From positions 7,187,812 through 7,251,811 of the forward strand of contig NC_092675.1 of assembly GCF_964355755.1 (NCBI RefSeq): a stretch of 64,000 bases of DNA. The letters run 5' to 3'. Both the position numbers and the translations under genes were made by a program. The notes under the pieces were generated by a model. It saw nothing but the letters and a program-made list of their open reading frames with translations. It was not told the DNA's origin and did no database searches. Shown here in pieces: positions 52,601 to 63,305 of this stretch (its first letter is position 1; every line of letters starts with the position of its first letter). The stretch is from Antedon mediterranea. Taxonomy: Eukaryota; Animalia; Echinodermata.

Positions 52601-55600
52601 TAAAATGAAAAAAATGTCACAATTTTATACTTACCTTCACAATATGCGTTACTATATGTAAGGTATCCTTCAGCGCATTCTCCATTACTACAAGTACCAT
52701 CCGCCTTATCACAGGCAACATTGTCCTTACAATGGCAAATGGAAGTACAGTCACCACCAAAGTAACCAACTGGACAGACATCAGGAACTGTAAACAGGAA
52801 GAAACTAGATCTTAAAATTCCTAGATTAGCAACATCTGGTAATATGTATGATTTTTAGAAAAAAAATAAAAAAATATCTGAAAAATAATAAAGATCAGTT
52901 ATGCCTGAAAAAAAATATTAACATGTAATTAGAATTGTGTAACTAAAGAAATCTCTTGCTGTGCTGCGACACCAGTATTGTGGTAATTGTCCTTGTTATA
53001 CATCATCCAGTAATTTGGAAAAGAGACGTTGTGTACATTAACACTGACATAACATTTTCTAAAATAGTCACAAAACACCCTCTCACATAAATATAATATA
53101 TATATATATATATAATACTAATAATATATACTTGCTCCTTATAAATTTATTTTATTTCTATCAACACAATCCGAAATTTACTCATTATTTATTCTATATA
53201 ATAATCATAACACTATATAATTTGCACTAAAATAGTATAGTAAGTGACCATGAATACAGGACTCTGGATCAGATCTAAACACATTTTTATTATTAGTTTT
53301 TAACTCATTTGTTTATTATTTATATTTTTAAAAAATAATTTATCTATGACTGCTTTTATGATTTGGGTAAATCCTGGGCAGCCCAAATATACACCACCTC
53401 ACGATGTGGCCTAAACGTAATGAACCACAACCAATGGCTTATGAAATTTAGTAAATGAAATGTCGGAGCCAAGTGTAAACACACTGGACCCAAAAATAAA
53501 TTCGGACTCCGTACCTGAAACCGTAAATTAGATCTACATTTATGATCAATTCAAATTCTTGTATACAGTGCATCTATGTAAATATGAGGAGAGTCTTAGT
53601 TTGATATACTTTCAAAATTCTCATGGATTTTCTAATCTACCGTTACATGTTGTTTCATTTTTAGTCTCAATTTACTATACTGTACCTTGACAATTAGTTC
53701 CAGACCATCCAGCAGCACATCCAGCAGATGTACACACTCCAGTATACTGGTTACATCCTCCAGAGTTGCAGTGACATTCTTGACTACAACCTGCTCCAAA
53801 TTTTCCAGTTGTACAGTCTAAAGGTTTAATTTTATTTAATATCATTTGTTGTGGAATAATAAATTATATCATCATCGTTTCACCTTTAACAAGATGATTT
53901 ATCTTGATGATATAAGAACTAAAATTTGTATTGTTTTCTTAAACATAAAATTCATATGCGTAAATCTTATTTTTCAGAGGCAAGTTTTATCTATTGAAAT
54001 GCAGTATTAAAGTACCTGTTAAACATTTGAGACCAGTATAGCCAGTTATACAGTCACATCCATATGGATCAGAAAGGCAGATTTGTGTACCCTGGCATTG
54101 GGCTTTATTATCGCTCTTGAATGTACATCGAGCTTCACAATTAAGTCCAAAACGATTGCCACCACATGCTGAATAAAAAGAAACATTTATCAACAAAAAT
54201 GACTGTAGCAAATATTAAAAAACAACTGAACATGCTCCATATTTGGTTTCAACAATAATAATAACAAATGTCTTCCAACACTTCGTCTGTCAAAATATCT
54301 GGTTCCATTTCTGTAGTATTAGACTACGAATTTTGGAACTTTGGTATCTAAAACTTTTGGAAGATTTTGTTTTCTTGCTAAAATAACTAACTAGAACTGA
54401 TAGACTTTACAATAATTTTCTACAAACAAATAAAGTCTAATACTAAGTAAATTATTCATTTTGGTAATTCATAAAAATTATAAATTATTATTAATTCATT
54501 CTAATATATGCATAAAGATTTTTTAATTTTGAAGTTGAATTTTCGTACGGTACTTACTATTCATACAGTTGTCTCCACTAAAACCAGGAGGACAAATACA
54601 GCCACCCGTCTTATCATCACATACACCACCATTGTAACAATTATTACAAACACCTGTACATCGAGGACCCCAACGACCAGATACGCATCCTATATATTAA
54701 AAGTGGTTCATTATGTGTTTTATTTATTATTAATTTATATCATTATGTCTCACTAAAAGACATGTCTGACAGACAATTTGACTATTTTTTTTCTTTAAAT
54801 TACACCTTTTTAAAGTGACTTTAAATGGCATATTCAATTAGGGACAATAAGGAAAATATAACTGTGTGATAAATGTGACTGTTTTTTATATTATTTTCTT
54901 AATAATTATAACTCACAAATGACCTGAATAATATGAACAATCAAAAAAGTGACTTGGATGGGCTCCCATTAATTGTAGAATATTGAGTGACTGAAAAACA
55001 AAACTCTTGCAGAGCCTATAGTCTTTGATATTCGATTCACAATTGATGCAGATGTATAATTGATTAAAAGCCAACTCTAGAATTAACAGTGTGTGTAATT
55101 AAACAAATTAAAGAATGTTTTGTTATGTTTACGGATAGTCTTAATTTAAATAGAAAAGTAAAACATTTAAACATTATTTCCCATTAAATTCATAACATGT
55201 AATATGGACTACCAAAAAGCTACTGAACTCACCTCTAACTATCAGTTCAATGAATGAATGTTGGAATTGATTTCTTTCAGTATCAAAATGAAGTTCATAC
55301 ATTCCAGCATTTTCAAGTTCAATATTTTCAAATGTTATGCTTGATTGATCAGAAAGGTCCTGGTAGTTATCTAGCCTACCACCATCCTTTCTCCAGATTA
55401 GTACTTTGTCAGGATTACTTAGTACATCAAATGATACAATGACCGTATCTCCTACTGAAGCTGTGATACTTGTTTTCTCATTTGTTGGTATTATATTGGC
55501 TGAAATTAATTTAAGAATGAATAATTTTGATTTGATAATACAGTATGGTAATATAAGTATTAATTATTTGAGAATTGTGTAATTCCAAGCTACTGTATGC

Positions 55601-58001
55601 ATAAAATTTGGTGTGTGTTTTATCACTAGTAATAGCATATTATGTTCTCAGCAACTTTTAATAAATGAAATCAATACAAAATATAAGTTTTTGTAAAATG
55701 TGTAAAGTGGTAGTAGCGATAATTGCAAATCAATGTTGAGCATCGTTTTTAAACATCATAAAACAGACGTAACTTTAGTAAATCACAGTATAAAGTGATA
55801 AAAAATGAAAATAAAAGATTTAGTGTGTAAACCGAGATGGTTATGTACAACCATTGCATTATACAAGTTCTGGTTATAACAACTATAGACATTCAAGTAT
55901 AATGACATAATCAACATTTTTATTATAATTTGTAATCTTTATAGTTGAGAAATAAAAAAGTAGACATACAGTATGATACTTTGACAAAAATGTTACTTAC
56001 AATCCTGAACGGTTCGAGTATCAACGATTGTAGTGTACACAATAGTTTCTTCACCTCCAACAATACCTTTACAGTAATAAGCACCAAACGCATTTTCACT
56101 TTCAATAGGAATATATAATACTCTAGCATCAGAAAATTTACCACTATGAACTGTCCCAGGCTGTTCTGCAGTAGAATCAGAGCTCGCTATCTTAAATGCT
56201 CTTCCCAATGTTATAGTCGTACCAGCTTCACTTGGGTAGCATTGGTACACTCCCCCATTAGCAAAAGGTGATTTTTGGTTAAAAACTGTTAAATGTGTAC
56301 TGGATACAAAAACTATAATAAAATAATTATTTAACAATTTGATTAGGGTTACATTATTAATTGTATAAGAACTGAGTGTATTCTTGCCATTTGAGGTTAC
56401 TTATCACATGCTATCGTAATTAGTTCTACTGAATGGAATTGATAATAAATGATATTTAATGGTAATAACAAATTGTTATATTGAACATGAACACAATATT
56501 AGGATTTTGTGCAACAAAGTTGTTGATTGATTCTCATGTGGTATGCACATTCTGTAACTGTCCTACTCTGCATCTAACATTGGAGAAAACTGCCTATTTG
56601 AAATTACATAGCCCTCTTGTTTTTTTTAATGGCCTAGCCCTCTGGTTTTTTTAATAGCCTAGCCCCCTGTTTTTTATTGGCCATAGTCCCCTGGCCTTTT
56701 ATAGCCTTTAACATTGATTAAAAGTGCAAACTGTGTATTAATGAACAAGTTTACTTTACGAAAGAACAATAAAACAATATTTAGGCATTGAAGATTATTT
56801 CATGAGTTGAAATATTTACTGGAGCCTATTAACTATTGAATAGATTAAATGGATTACATGCCATCAACTCTTGCGAAAATGTTATTATTAAATAGAATAT
56901 TTAAAAAAAAAATAAAGTATGTCCCAATATATAAAAATTAAACGTGTTAATTAAAAAATTTAATCATGGAGTTACTTCCATGATTCAATAGTAAAATCAA
57001 TGTTAGTTTTTCAACTGGAACCATTAGCTAGTCTAAATGTTCTTAAAGTCATTTTAAATGTCCCAGATCATTCTGCTGCCGTTCATTTTGATGGCTAGTT
57101 ATGAACACTTAAATACTTAAATATAATTTTTACTCACCATTGTACACTTATTGTGTAATATGAGGCCCAATACTAGGATGCGATAACGATCAATGATAAA
57201 CATATATTTTTAAGCATAATGGATATTTTATAGTCTAGGATAAAACCTTTTGAATTATTTTGTTTCATAGAACATCATCGATCATCGTCGTAGTATAAAT
57301 GGGCCTTTAGGCTGGATTCAATCACCATACCCTACTGTATAGTATATGGTAGCCGATGCACTGTGACCATTACAAACACTATAATTTCATTATGAAATTT
57401 TTGAATTTGTAGCAATATCCAGAATTGTATTGCATATTATAAGGCCTATTCCTGGCCTCTAAGTGGTATTCTGTGTCTCGATAGAATATGGGCCATTTGC
57501 ACTGCATGAATAGTGAAAAATTCAAGAAAATGTAGTAGTAAGCCTAGATAAAATAGAGGCATACTGAGAGGGTGTAATGGTATGAATGGGTAGGGAATTG
57601 TTAATTAGCAACTCCCTGGTAATGGTATGGGTGTTTGTTTTGTTGTTTGTTTTTGGGGTGGATGGGTGATTGTGTGTCCTGCATAGATGAACTGATATTG
57701 GTAGCCTGGTTCAACCAAAAATAGGTCATTAACTATGTTGTTACAATTCTGGAGAGGCCTATTGTTATTTGGGATCTGGAACTTCCCTGTTCAGAATCCA
57801 GGAATTGAACGCTAGGACTAGGAGGTAGAACTAGAGTAGTAGTCAGGCCTACACACCACCACCTATAATCGTTCAAGGAAATATAAAAACAACATAAAAG
57901 ATATAAAACTGCAAAATAGTAAATACATTACCAAATTTTAAAAGTAGTCCAATGGAAGCGAACTGAATTAGAACCCGGAAATAATTTAAACAATTCGCCA
58001 T
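27897..58001 (-). CDS. Gene A: receptor-type protein tyrosine phosphatase with Tie-like ectodomain (SP-Ig-Ig-EGFx5-Ig-FN3x3-TM-PTP D1-PTP D2), 32 coding exons, about 1531 aa
   Basis: Manual splicing at GT-AG junctions gives consistent phases and 4596 nt. D1 motifs: [55 protein letters not shown]2 motifs: [33 protein letters not shown]. Confidence 0.93.
28229..28364 (-). CDS. Gene A exon 31, PTP D2
   Basis: [11 protein letters not shown]...[21 protein letters not shown]. Confidence 0.94.
28938..29095 (-). CDS. Gene A exon 30, PTP D2
   Basis: [16 protein letters not shown]...HPIVVHC. Confidence 0.92.
29548..29682 (-). CDS. Gene A exon 29, PTP D2
   Basis: SYAKYW...KYGPLVV...ITIREFSI. Confidence 0.9.
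29812..29946 (-). CDS. Gene A exon 28, PTP D2
   Basis: [29 protein letters not shown]...VVMLN. Confidence 0.94.
30608..30684 (-). CDS. Gene A exon 27, PTP D2
   Basis: DRNRPFL...EYINASFVD. Confidence 0.93.
31545..31662. repeat. (TA)n microsatellite with ACCCCTAA interruptions
   Basis: Direct reading. Confidence 0.95.
32659..32758 (-). CDS. Gene A exon 26, PTP D2
   Basis: [17 protein letters not shown]. Confidence 0.92.
33137..33276. mobile_element. Short palindromic MITE; second copy 38632-38757
   Basis: TGTCTACACTATCAAA...TTTGATAGTGTAGACA in both. Confidence 0.8.
33492..33641 (-). CDS. Gene A exon 25, D1-D2 linker
   Basis: [19 protein letters not shown]...IEEEFE. Confidence 0.94.
33838..35272 (-). 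mobile_element. Non-autonomous Helitron
   Basis: Minus strand reads A|TCTATATATA...hairpin...CTAG|T with no TSD; internal part 33965-34345 recurs at about 25066-25460. Confidence 0.8.
35423..35558 (-). CDS. Gene A exon 24, PTP D1 P-loop and Q-loop
   Basis: [13 protein letters not shown]...[12 protein letters not shown]. Confidence 0.95.
36141..36295 (-). CDS. Gene A exon 23, PTP D1 WPD loop and catalytic Cys
   Basis: [15 protein letters not shown]...PTLVHCS. Confidence 0.95.
36818..36943 (-). CDS. Gene A exon 22, PTP D1
   Basis: EKCKKYWPD...YADYKIRSL. Confidence 0.93.
37262..37359 (-). CDS. Gene A exon 21, PTP D1
   Basis: [32 protein letters not shown]. Confidence 0.94.
37562..37598 (-). 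CDS. Gene A exon 20, PTP D1
   Basis: [13 protein letters not shown], 37-nt exon. Confidence 0.92.
37790..37866 (-). CDS. Gene A exon 19, PTP D1
   Basis: YDHSRVVL...GYINAC. Confidence 0.93.
38115..38358 (+). mobile_element. L2-like LINE 3' end
   Basis: KTYG..TF..AA.RVWNDLP.SIR...[10 protein letters not shown] then (TAT)n tail. Confidence 0.75.
38409..38496 (-). CDS. Gene A exon 18, PTP D1
   Basis: [13 protein letters not shown]. Confidence 0.92.
39225..39472 (-). CDS. Gene A exon 17, juxtamembrane and start of PTP D1 region
   Basis: ...YDEEMYQNV...[11 protein letters not shown]...LQHEYG. Confidence 0.88.
40041..40105 (-). CDS. Gene A exon 16, juxtamembrane
   Basis: [21 protein letters not shown]; phase 2-1. 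Confidence 0.85.
40473..40569 (-). CDS. Gene A exon 15, transmembrane helix
   Basis: [23 protein letters not shown] followed by basic RRRK in the next exon. Confidence 0.92.
40581..40830. repeat. Tandem duplication of about 110 bp
   Basis: CAAATGTTAATTAACG... repeated about 2.3 times. Confidence 0.85.
43303..43375 (-). CDS. Gene A exon 14, FN3 domain 3 C-part
   Basis: [24 protein letters not shown]. Confidence 0.85.
43838..45192 (+). mobile_element. Helitron/Helentron-like non-autonomous element
   Basis: 3' hairpin AATTCGTCATAGTGACGAATT followed by CTAG-TT; left boundary uncertain; contains a tRNA-like segment at about 44780-44860. Confidence 0.45.
46800..47385 (-). mobile_element. CR1/L2-type LINE 3' fragment in gene A intron
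   Basis: [19 protein letters not shown]...[23 protein letters not shown]...FSNRI...WNALP. Confidence 0.9.
47400..47768 (-). mobile_element. Helitron-like repeat copy adjacent to LINE fragment
   Basis: Homologous to about 17035-17350; TC 5' terminus. Confidence 0.6.
47971..48191 (-). CDS. Gene A exon 13, FN3 domain 3 N-part
   Basis: PPAPEV...[14 protein letters not shown]...GDYEVS. Confidence 0.87.
48577..48793 (-). CDS. Gene A exon 12, FN3 domain 2 C-half
   Basis: YMISY...[20 protein letters not shown]. Confidence 0.9.
49488..49567 (-). CDS. Gene A exon 11, FN3 domain 2 N-half
   Basis: [27 protein letters not shown]; phases fit neighbours. Confidence 0.8.
50196..50498 (-). CDS. Gene A exon 10, FN3 domain 1
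   Basis: [11 protein letters not shown]...[12 protein letters not shown]...[26 protein letters not shown]. Confidence 0.92.
51260..51517 (-). CDS. Gene A exon 9, third Ig-like domain
   Basis: [17 protein letters not shown]...; 258 nt, phase 1-1. Confidence 0.85.
51899..52027 (-). CDS. Gene A exon 8, EGF-like
   Basis: [41 protein letters not shown]. Confidence 0.92.
52635..52787 (-). CDS. Gene A exon 7, EGF-like
   Basis: [38 protein letters not shown]. Confidence 0.92.
53686..53817 (-). CDS. Gene A exon 6, EGF-like
   Basis: [43 protein letters not shown]. Confidence 0.92.
54016..54168 (-). CDS. Gene A exon 5, EGF-like (Tie-type)
   Basis: [14 protein letters not shown]...[19 protein letters not shown]. 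Confidence 0.92.
54558..54689 (-). CDS. Gene A exon 4, EGF-like (Tie-type)
   Basis: [42 protein letters not shown]. Confidence 0.92.
55233..55499 (-). CDS. Gene A exon 3, Ig-like domain
   Basis: [10 protein letters not shown]...LIWRKDG...ENAGMYEL...FIELIVR; 267 nt. Confidence 0.9.
56001..56312 (-). CDS. Gene A exon 2, N-terminal Ig-like domain
   Basis: ...YQCYPSE...FGAYYCKG...; 312 nt, phase 1-1. Confidence 0.9.
57932..58001 (-). CDS. Gene A exon 1, signal peptide
   Basis: [23 protein letters not shown] followed by GTAATG donor, phase 1; homologous to paralog exon 24091-24154. Confidence 0.85.
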
Positions 58002-61000
58002 TATGGCTTCGTTGCTTCTCTTGTGAGAGAGGTGTTGTTAAAGGAATGACAACACAAAACAAGGAAGTTCCATAATCATTGGAGTGGAAAATGACGTCAC
58101 CCAAACTTTTACATTAATAACAACTATCGCTTTTCCTCCTCCACTGAGTACAAGATTTAAGATTCAAGAAATGTTATTGATCATTTTGCACAACAAATTG
58201 CACAAACGCTAAAATACGGTGGTAAAAGGGTTTTTTCTTTCATTTAAAAAAAAATTACAATATAATAAGTAAACTGTAAACACACCGATTTGAAACTGTA
58301 ATAGCAATACATTATACCATGGAGGAAAAAGTAAATTTATTTTTTTTTATTTATTTTTTCCTCCATGATTATACCGAGTCAGTTTAGCATAGATTCAGCA
58401 TAATCATGGAGGAAAAAATAAATAAAAAATAATAAATTAATGTTTTCCTCCATGGCATAATCAATTACCAATTATAGTTATTATCAATGCTACGGTATTT
58501 CTTAAATTTTGAAAGATATTGTCCCTCAAAACATGAACAAAAAAAAATCAAACTTTGAATAAGCCATTTTGAAAACGTTGATAAAGTTATTCAATTTTGG
58601 CAAAAATAATGAACAAAACTCACTCTCGATTAAAAAACACCAATAAACAGTTAGGCCTAAGCTCTACATTTAACCAAAACCCATATTAGATCTATGTGAC
58701 ACATTAAAATAGCCTATTCAACTTTTTTTTTTAAAGGAAGACAATCGGAATCTTTAATATTAGGCACATTAAATGCACATTTCATATGTCCATCTATTCA
58801 CCAAATTACGATTTTTTTAAATATTAATTCAAAAATGTATTTATTTAGCTAAATTCAGGGTACATTGCACCTTCAGCATTTGTTTTATTATTGGCACAAT
58901 GATGTTTGTTTTTCAATAACGTAAAAAAAAAATGCCGCACACTCAGGACAATGCTTATTTTGTGTAGCCTATTGATAGGCCCCAGAAGTGGAATAGTTTC
59001 GTTTCTGTGTCGAAAAGATCATGGAATGCAATCATTTGAATGAATTCTCTCAGCCACATCACATAATCTATAAATTGTGAATGTAAGGCTTAATTTCAAT
59101 AAAATCCATTAATGCATTTTTATTATTTCCACTACATCCTTTAAATAACCTGGATTTTCGGAGTCATATTTTATTTTTAGGAACGAATGTTATAGTAGAA
59201 GTTGACGATGACGTGTTAAAACAATGATAGTCGGAATCATAATTATAGAATATATAACTCTTATTATGAAAATCAAAAATAAACAGAGAGCGCCCCCACA
59301 ATGTATCTATTGACAATGTAAACTATAAGATAAGAGATTAGCGCCATCAATAATATTTGTTTATTGTTTTTTAAAAGGGGGCTTCCTCAAGCAGGTCAGT
59401 GTTAGTTTAGTAACCAAGTTAAAATTATACATTATACCAGTTGACATCATGATAGGATTTCTTCAGAAAATGTAAGCATAATGTAGTTTTTTTAATTGTT
59501 ATTAATTATGTGACGTCTATGAACACTCAGCCAATGGCGTGTGAGCAGTAATTTAATTTCGTAATTAGGATCCGTGTAGTCACACTCTGTCATGATAACA
59601 ATTATGATTGTACAGACATGTCTGTTATTTATTTCATAGAAAGACAATGCGAATAATTAGGCCCGGTATAATTACATAGCAGACTTAATTAATTTTACAA
59701 TTGGTACTATACTACCATAGAGATACTCACTCTATGGCAGACTAACACGTCTGATTCTCAGACTACACATGGACAATTTATCTCATGGATGATACTGAAT
59801 AACTCAGTTTCTTACATAAAATTCAGGATATTAAAATACATTTCAAACACGCGATCCCTTTGGTACCCCTCCAGAGACACCTTATTAAGGGCACATTTTC
59901 CCATGAGGCAAGGTTTCAGCAAACCCTATTCAGCTCAAATCTCAATGTTTGATACTATCACTTGCAGTGCAGGAAAAAATCATCGGTACATTGAGTATAA
60001 TAGGCCTATAAAGGTTTGTAAAATCATGATACCTTGTTTGCATTAAGTTCCGTTTAACCCGGTGTGACACCATAAATAAACTTCAGGATGTCAATTTGTT
60101 TGTTCACGTCCGTAATTCTACTTACAGAAAAGAATCGTGAGAACAACATGACTTGAATTACAATAAAACAGGATAAAATAACACACTACATTACAGGGTC
60201 TATATGAATGAAATGGAACACTCCAAGATAGAGATTCTGTTGTTGTATTATCAGTAATTACTTACTCACTTCATTTGTACGAACGTAACATAAGCCTATT
60301 CAACAATAACCAAGGCAGGCAACTATAGGAAAATTCACAAAATATTTAATTTTATTTATTTTGTTTTCTTATTTAAAGGAAAAGTACATTGATAAAATGT
60401 TTTACATTTAAACATTTATTTGTCATTTTATAATTGAAAATTATTGATTGAAATTGAACTACAAATAACCTATTCAACGTCTGATTTAATTAATCTTCAT
60501 TTTTCATGTTTTTGGGGGACAATATATCTTTAATAAAATACAATTTTTAATTATAAATTGTTACATGATAAAAATCCTCATCTTATTATAGAAATACGAA
60601 AAAGTCCTCCTTTTTTTTAAGGCATTATTTCACAAATCTCGTTCTCACCGCTATCAAATAAGTTATTGCAAAGATGATTTTATAATAACATTTAATAAAT
60701 GTAATAATACGTATATATAGTCGTTATAGTCCGTCACAGATTAGGCCATACAGGACTCATTCAATTTTGCCATAACCAGATAATTTTATTTTCACTTCTG
60801 ACGAAATGTCCTTCTATATATAAAACACCATTAACACAAATTTGTTTTTCCTTGCCTTGACCTACGAAGACCTTTATCGGTTCCATCTTCTTTTTCTTTT
60901 CTCCACTATCTGGTTTGACCTATTTTACAGTAGCTAATATAGGCATATTGCGGATATCCGTAGTTTGCCAATTTTTTCTTTCTTATCAATTTTTTTGTGC

Positions 61001-62132
61001 GTTTTAGTAACATATGGATAATTCTAGATTTTTTAATATTAAGATTGGTTAGTTTGCATTGAATATTATAATACAATATAGTACAAATGCATGCAACTTT
61101 AATGTAGGCCTATGATTGAATTATACTATGGTGACGTCGATACTCAAATTTAAAAAAGGAAATTGTGTATAGTGAATCCTACAGAAGGTCCGAAATTAAA
61201 TAAATTATTTAACAAAGAGTGTACTTTTTAGTTGACCGTAGATTCTTTCTATCAAAGGCCTTTTCCATCGCTAAGATTGTATAAATTCTAAGAATGTATT
61301 AATTATCAATTTAGCGATCCAAGGTGGTCAAAAATATTGTTGACCAAAGGGCAGTGTGAATTGATGAGGAATTGTTGGTGGCGTATATCGCAATCATGTC
61401 TATTCGAGCCGCGGTAGTCACGCTCCAATGCCCATTCTGCGTGGTGATTTTCTGGTATTATACCGTGGAATTCAATCACTTATATACGCGTTCTTTCATT
61501 ACCTTAACATCAATAGCAATTCCATTACCGGCGATCAACATCATAATAGTTATTTATATCACTATTTTTGTATATACTTGTTGTTAGAAGAAAATGATAC
61601 ACCCAATACTGGTACACCCGAAGATACTAGGCCTTCAACGACGTTAGAGAAGAGGGTCAAATTCCATCATTGAATTTTTTAATATCAAGATTTATACCTT
61701 CATCGCAAGTTATACTCCGTAAGTAGTTGAACATTAATTGCTTTTATTTTAATTGTTAATATAATTTGAAATTTAATCTACCCTTCGAATGGAAATTAAT
61801 TATTCATAGCAGGAGGGTTAAACCGAAATATTGAACACCAGTTTTAGTTATGAATATTAATAATTTTAGGTAACATTAATATATTCCGCATAATGCTATT
61901 ATCATGTAATAAATATTTTGATGCACAATTAAAATCGAGCCTAGCCCTATAGACATTTAAGGTAATGCCGGATGAAATTGAAACATAAATTTCTGAGACT
62001 GATGAGATGATGGAATACAAAATGCATACGATAAATATGGGCCTAAGAATTCAAACAAATAACGGAAAGATCCTTTAAATTGATTGCCTTAAAAATGTAT
62101 TTAAAGCATAATATTTAAAACTTAATCAGATC

Positions 62133-62470
62133 ATACACTGTAAAAATAGTGTTTTAAATATGTATTTTGTACTCACTTTTTCCACACGTTAAGCCTTAAA
62201 TATGTTTAGGAAGATGTTCTAAATGATACATTCTAAACATGTAGTCTGTATCCAACTCAAAACATCGGTGACGTGTTAATTGTATGTGGAGCAATATAAA
62301 GACACGTTTAGGTTTAAAACGTGTTTAATTTTGCCAAGTGGGAAACTTTTTCCCGCCACAGTAAAATCAAAGTTAAACACGTACCTAAACATGTAACTCG
62401 TGTTTAAAAGCTAAACGTGTGGAAAAAGTGGGTACAAAATAGGTGTTTAAGATCTAAACACTATTTTCAA
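62133..62470. mobile_element. MITE-like inverted repeat element
   Basis: AAAATAGTGTTT...CACTTTTTCCACACGTT mirrored by AACGTGTGGAAAAAGTG...AAACACTATTTT. Confidence 0.7.
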
Positions 62471-63082
62471 AGACATAATGAAGAATAATATTAGAGGGCC
62501 TACTTAAAAACCATACTATATTAACTGGTCAACATAACGGAACTGGTATAAAATCATAGTAGTATAGTTAGACTTTCTTCACTGATGTTATTGTGATTAT
62601 GCGCATTTAATGACACCGAATAAATTTATTTTAAATCCGAAGCCTAATGATACTCTAATGGATGACTTTAAGCCTACTATTTTTATAATATTAAATCATT
62701 TTAACAGACTGAGAGTATGGTGAGCTAATTAGCTGTCATTTATTCGAAAATAAAGATAGGTTAAGTAATACTGTATGACGTTACATGACCTTACCGCCAC
62801 CCCGCCCCACCTCATATTCATATTAAAATTAACACATTATATTAAACTAGGTATAGTATAGGTAGCCAACACATGATTGTTTGTCAATTTAAACATAGAA
62901 AAATAGTGATAAAATGAAATATTTCTTAAGTTGTACATACGCCTACATAGGTATTTATAAAGCAGGCTTGTAGTTTGAGTATGTACACGGCCCCGGGTCG
63001 AAGAGCAAGGCCTAGTTGTTTATTTTGGGCCTTCGTCTGGGAGTAAGTGAGTTTACCAATCTCAATTATTGACATTTAGGCC

Positions 63083-63305
63083 TAAGCGTGGTTCCCACTT
63101 GCGGCGCAACGTTAAACAACGCTACGACGTATTGACGCAAAGTGCTGTATTGCGTAATCACAAGTGGGAACCGACGACGCAACAGTGCTGCAAACATCAC
63201 AGGTTTGATTTCACGCAGGCGGGAGAAAACACAATTATCGGAAGGGCATTTTTTTACGTTGCGTAGGTTGCGTTACGTTGCGTCGCTAGTGGGAACCAAG
63301 CGTTA
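63083..63305. mobile_element. MITE (Harbinger-like)
   Basis: GCGTGGTTCCCACT.GCG.CGCAACG mirrored by CGTTGCGTCGCTAGTGGGAACCAAGCG. Confidence 0.75.
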
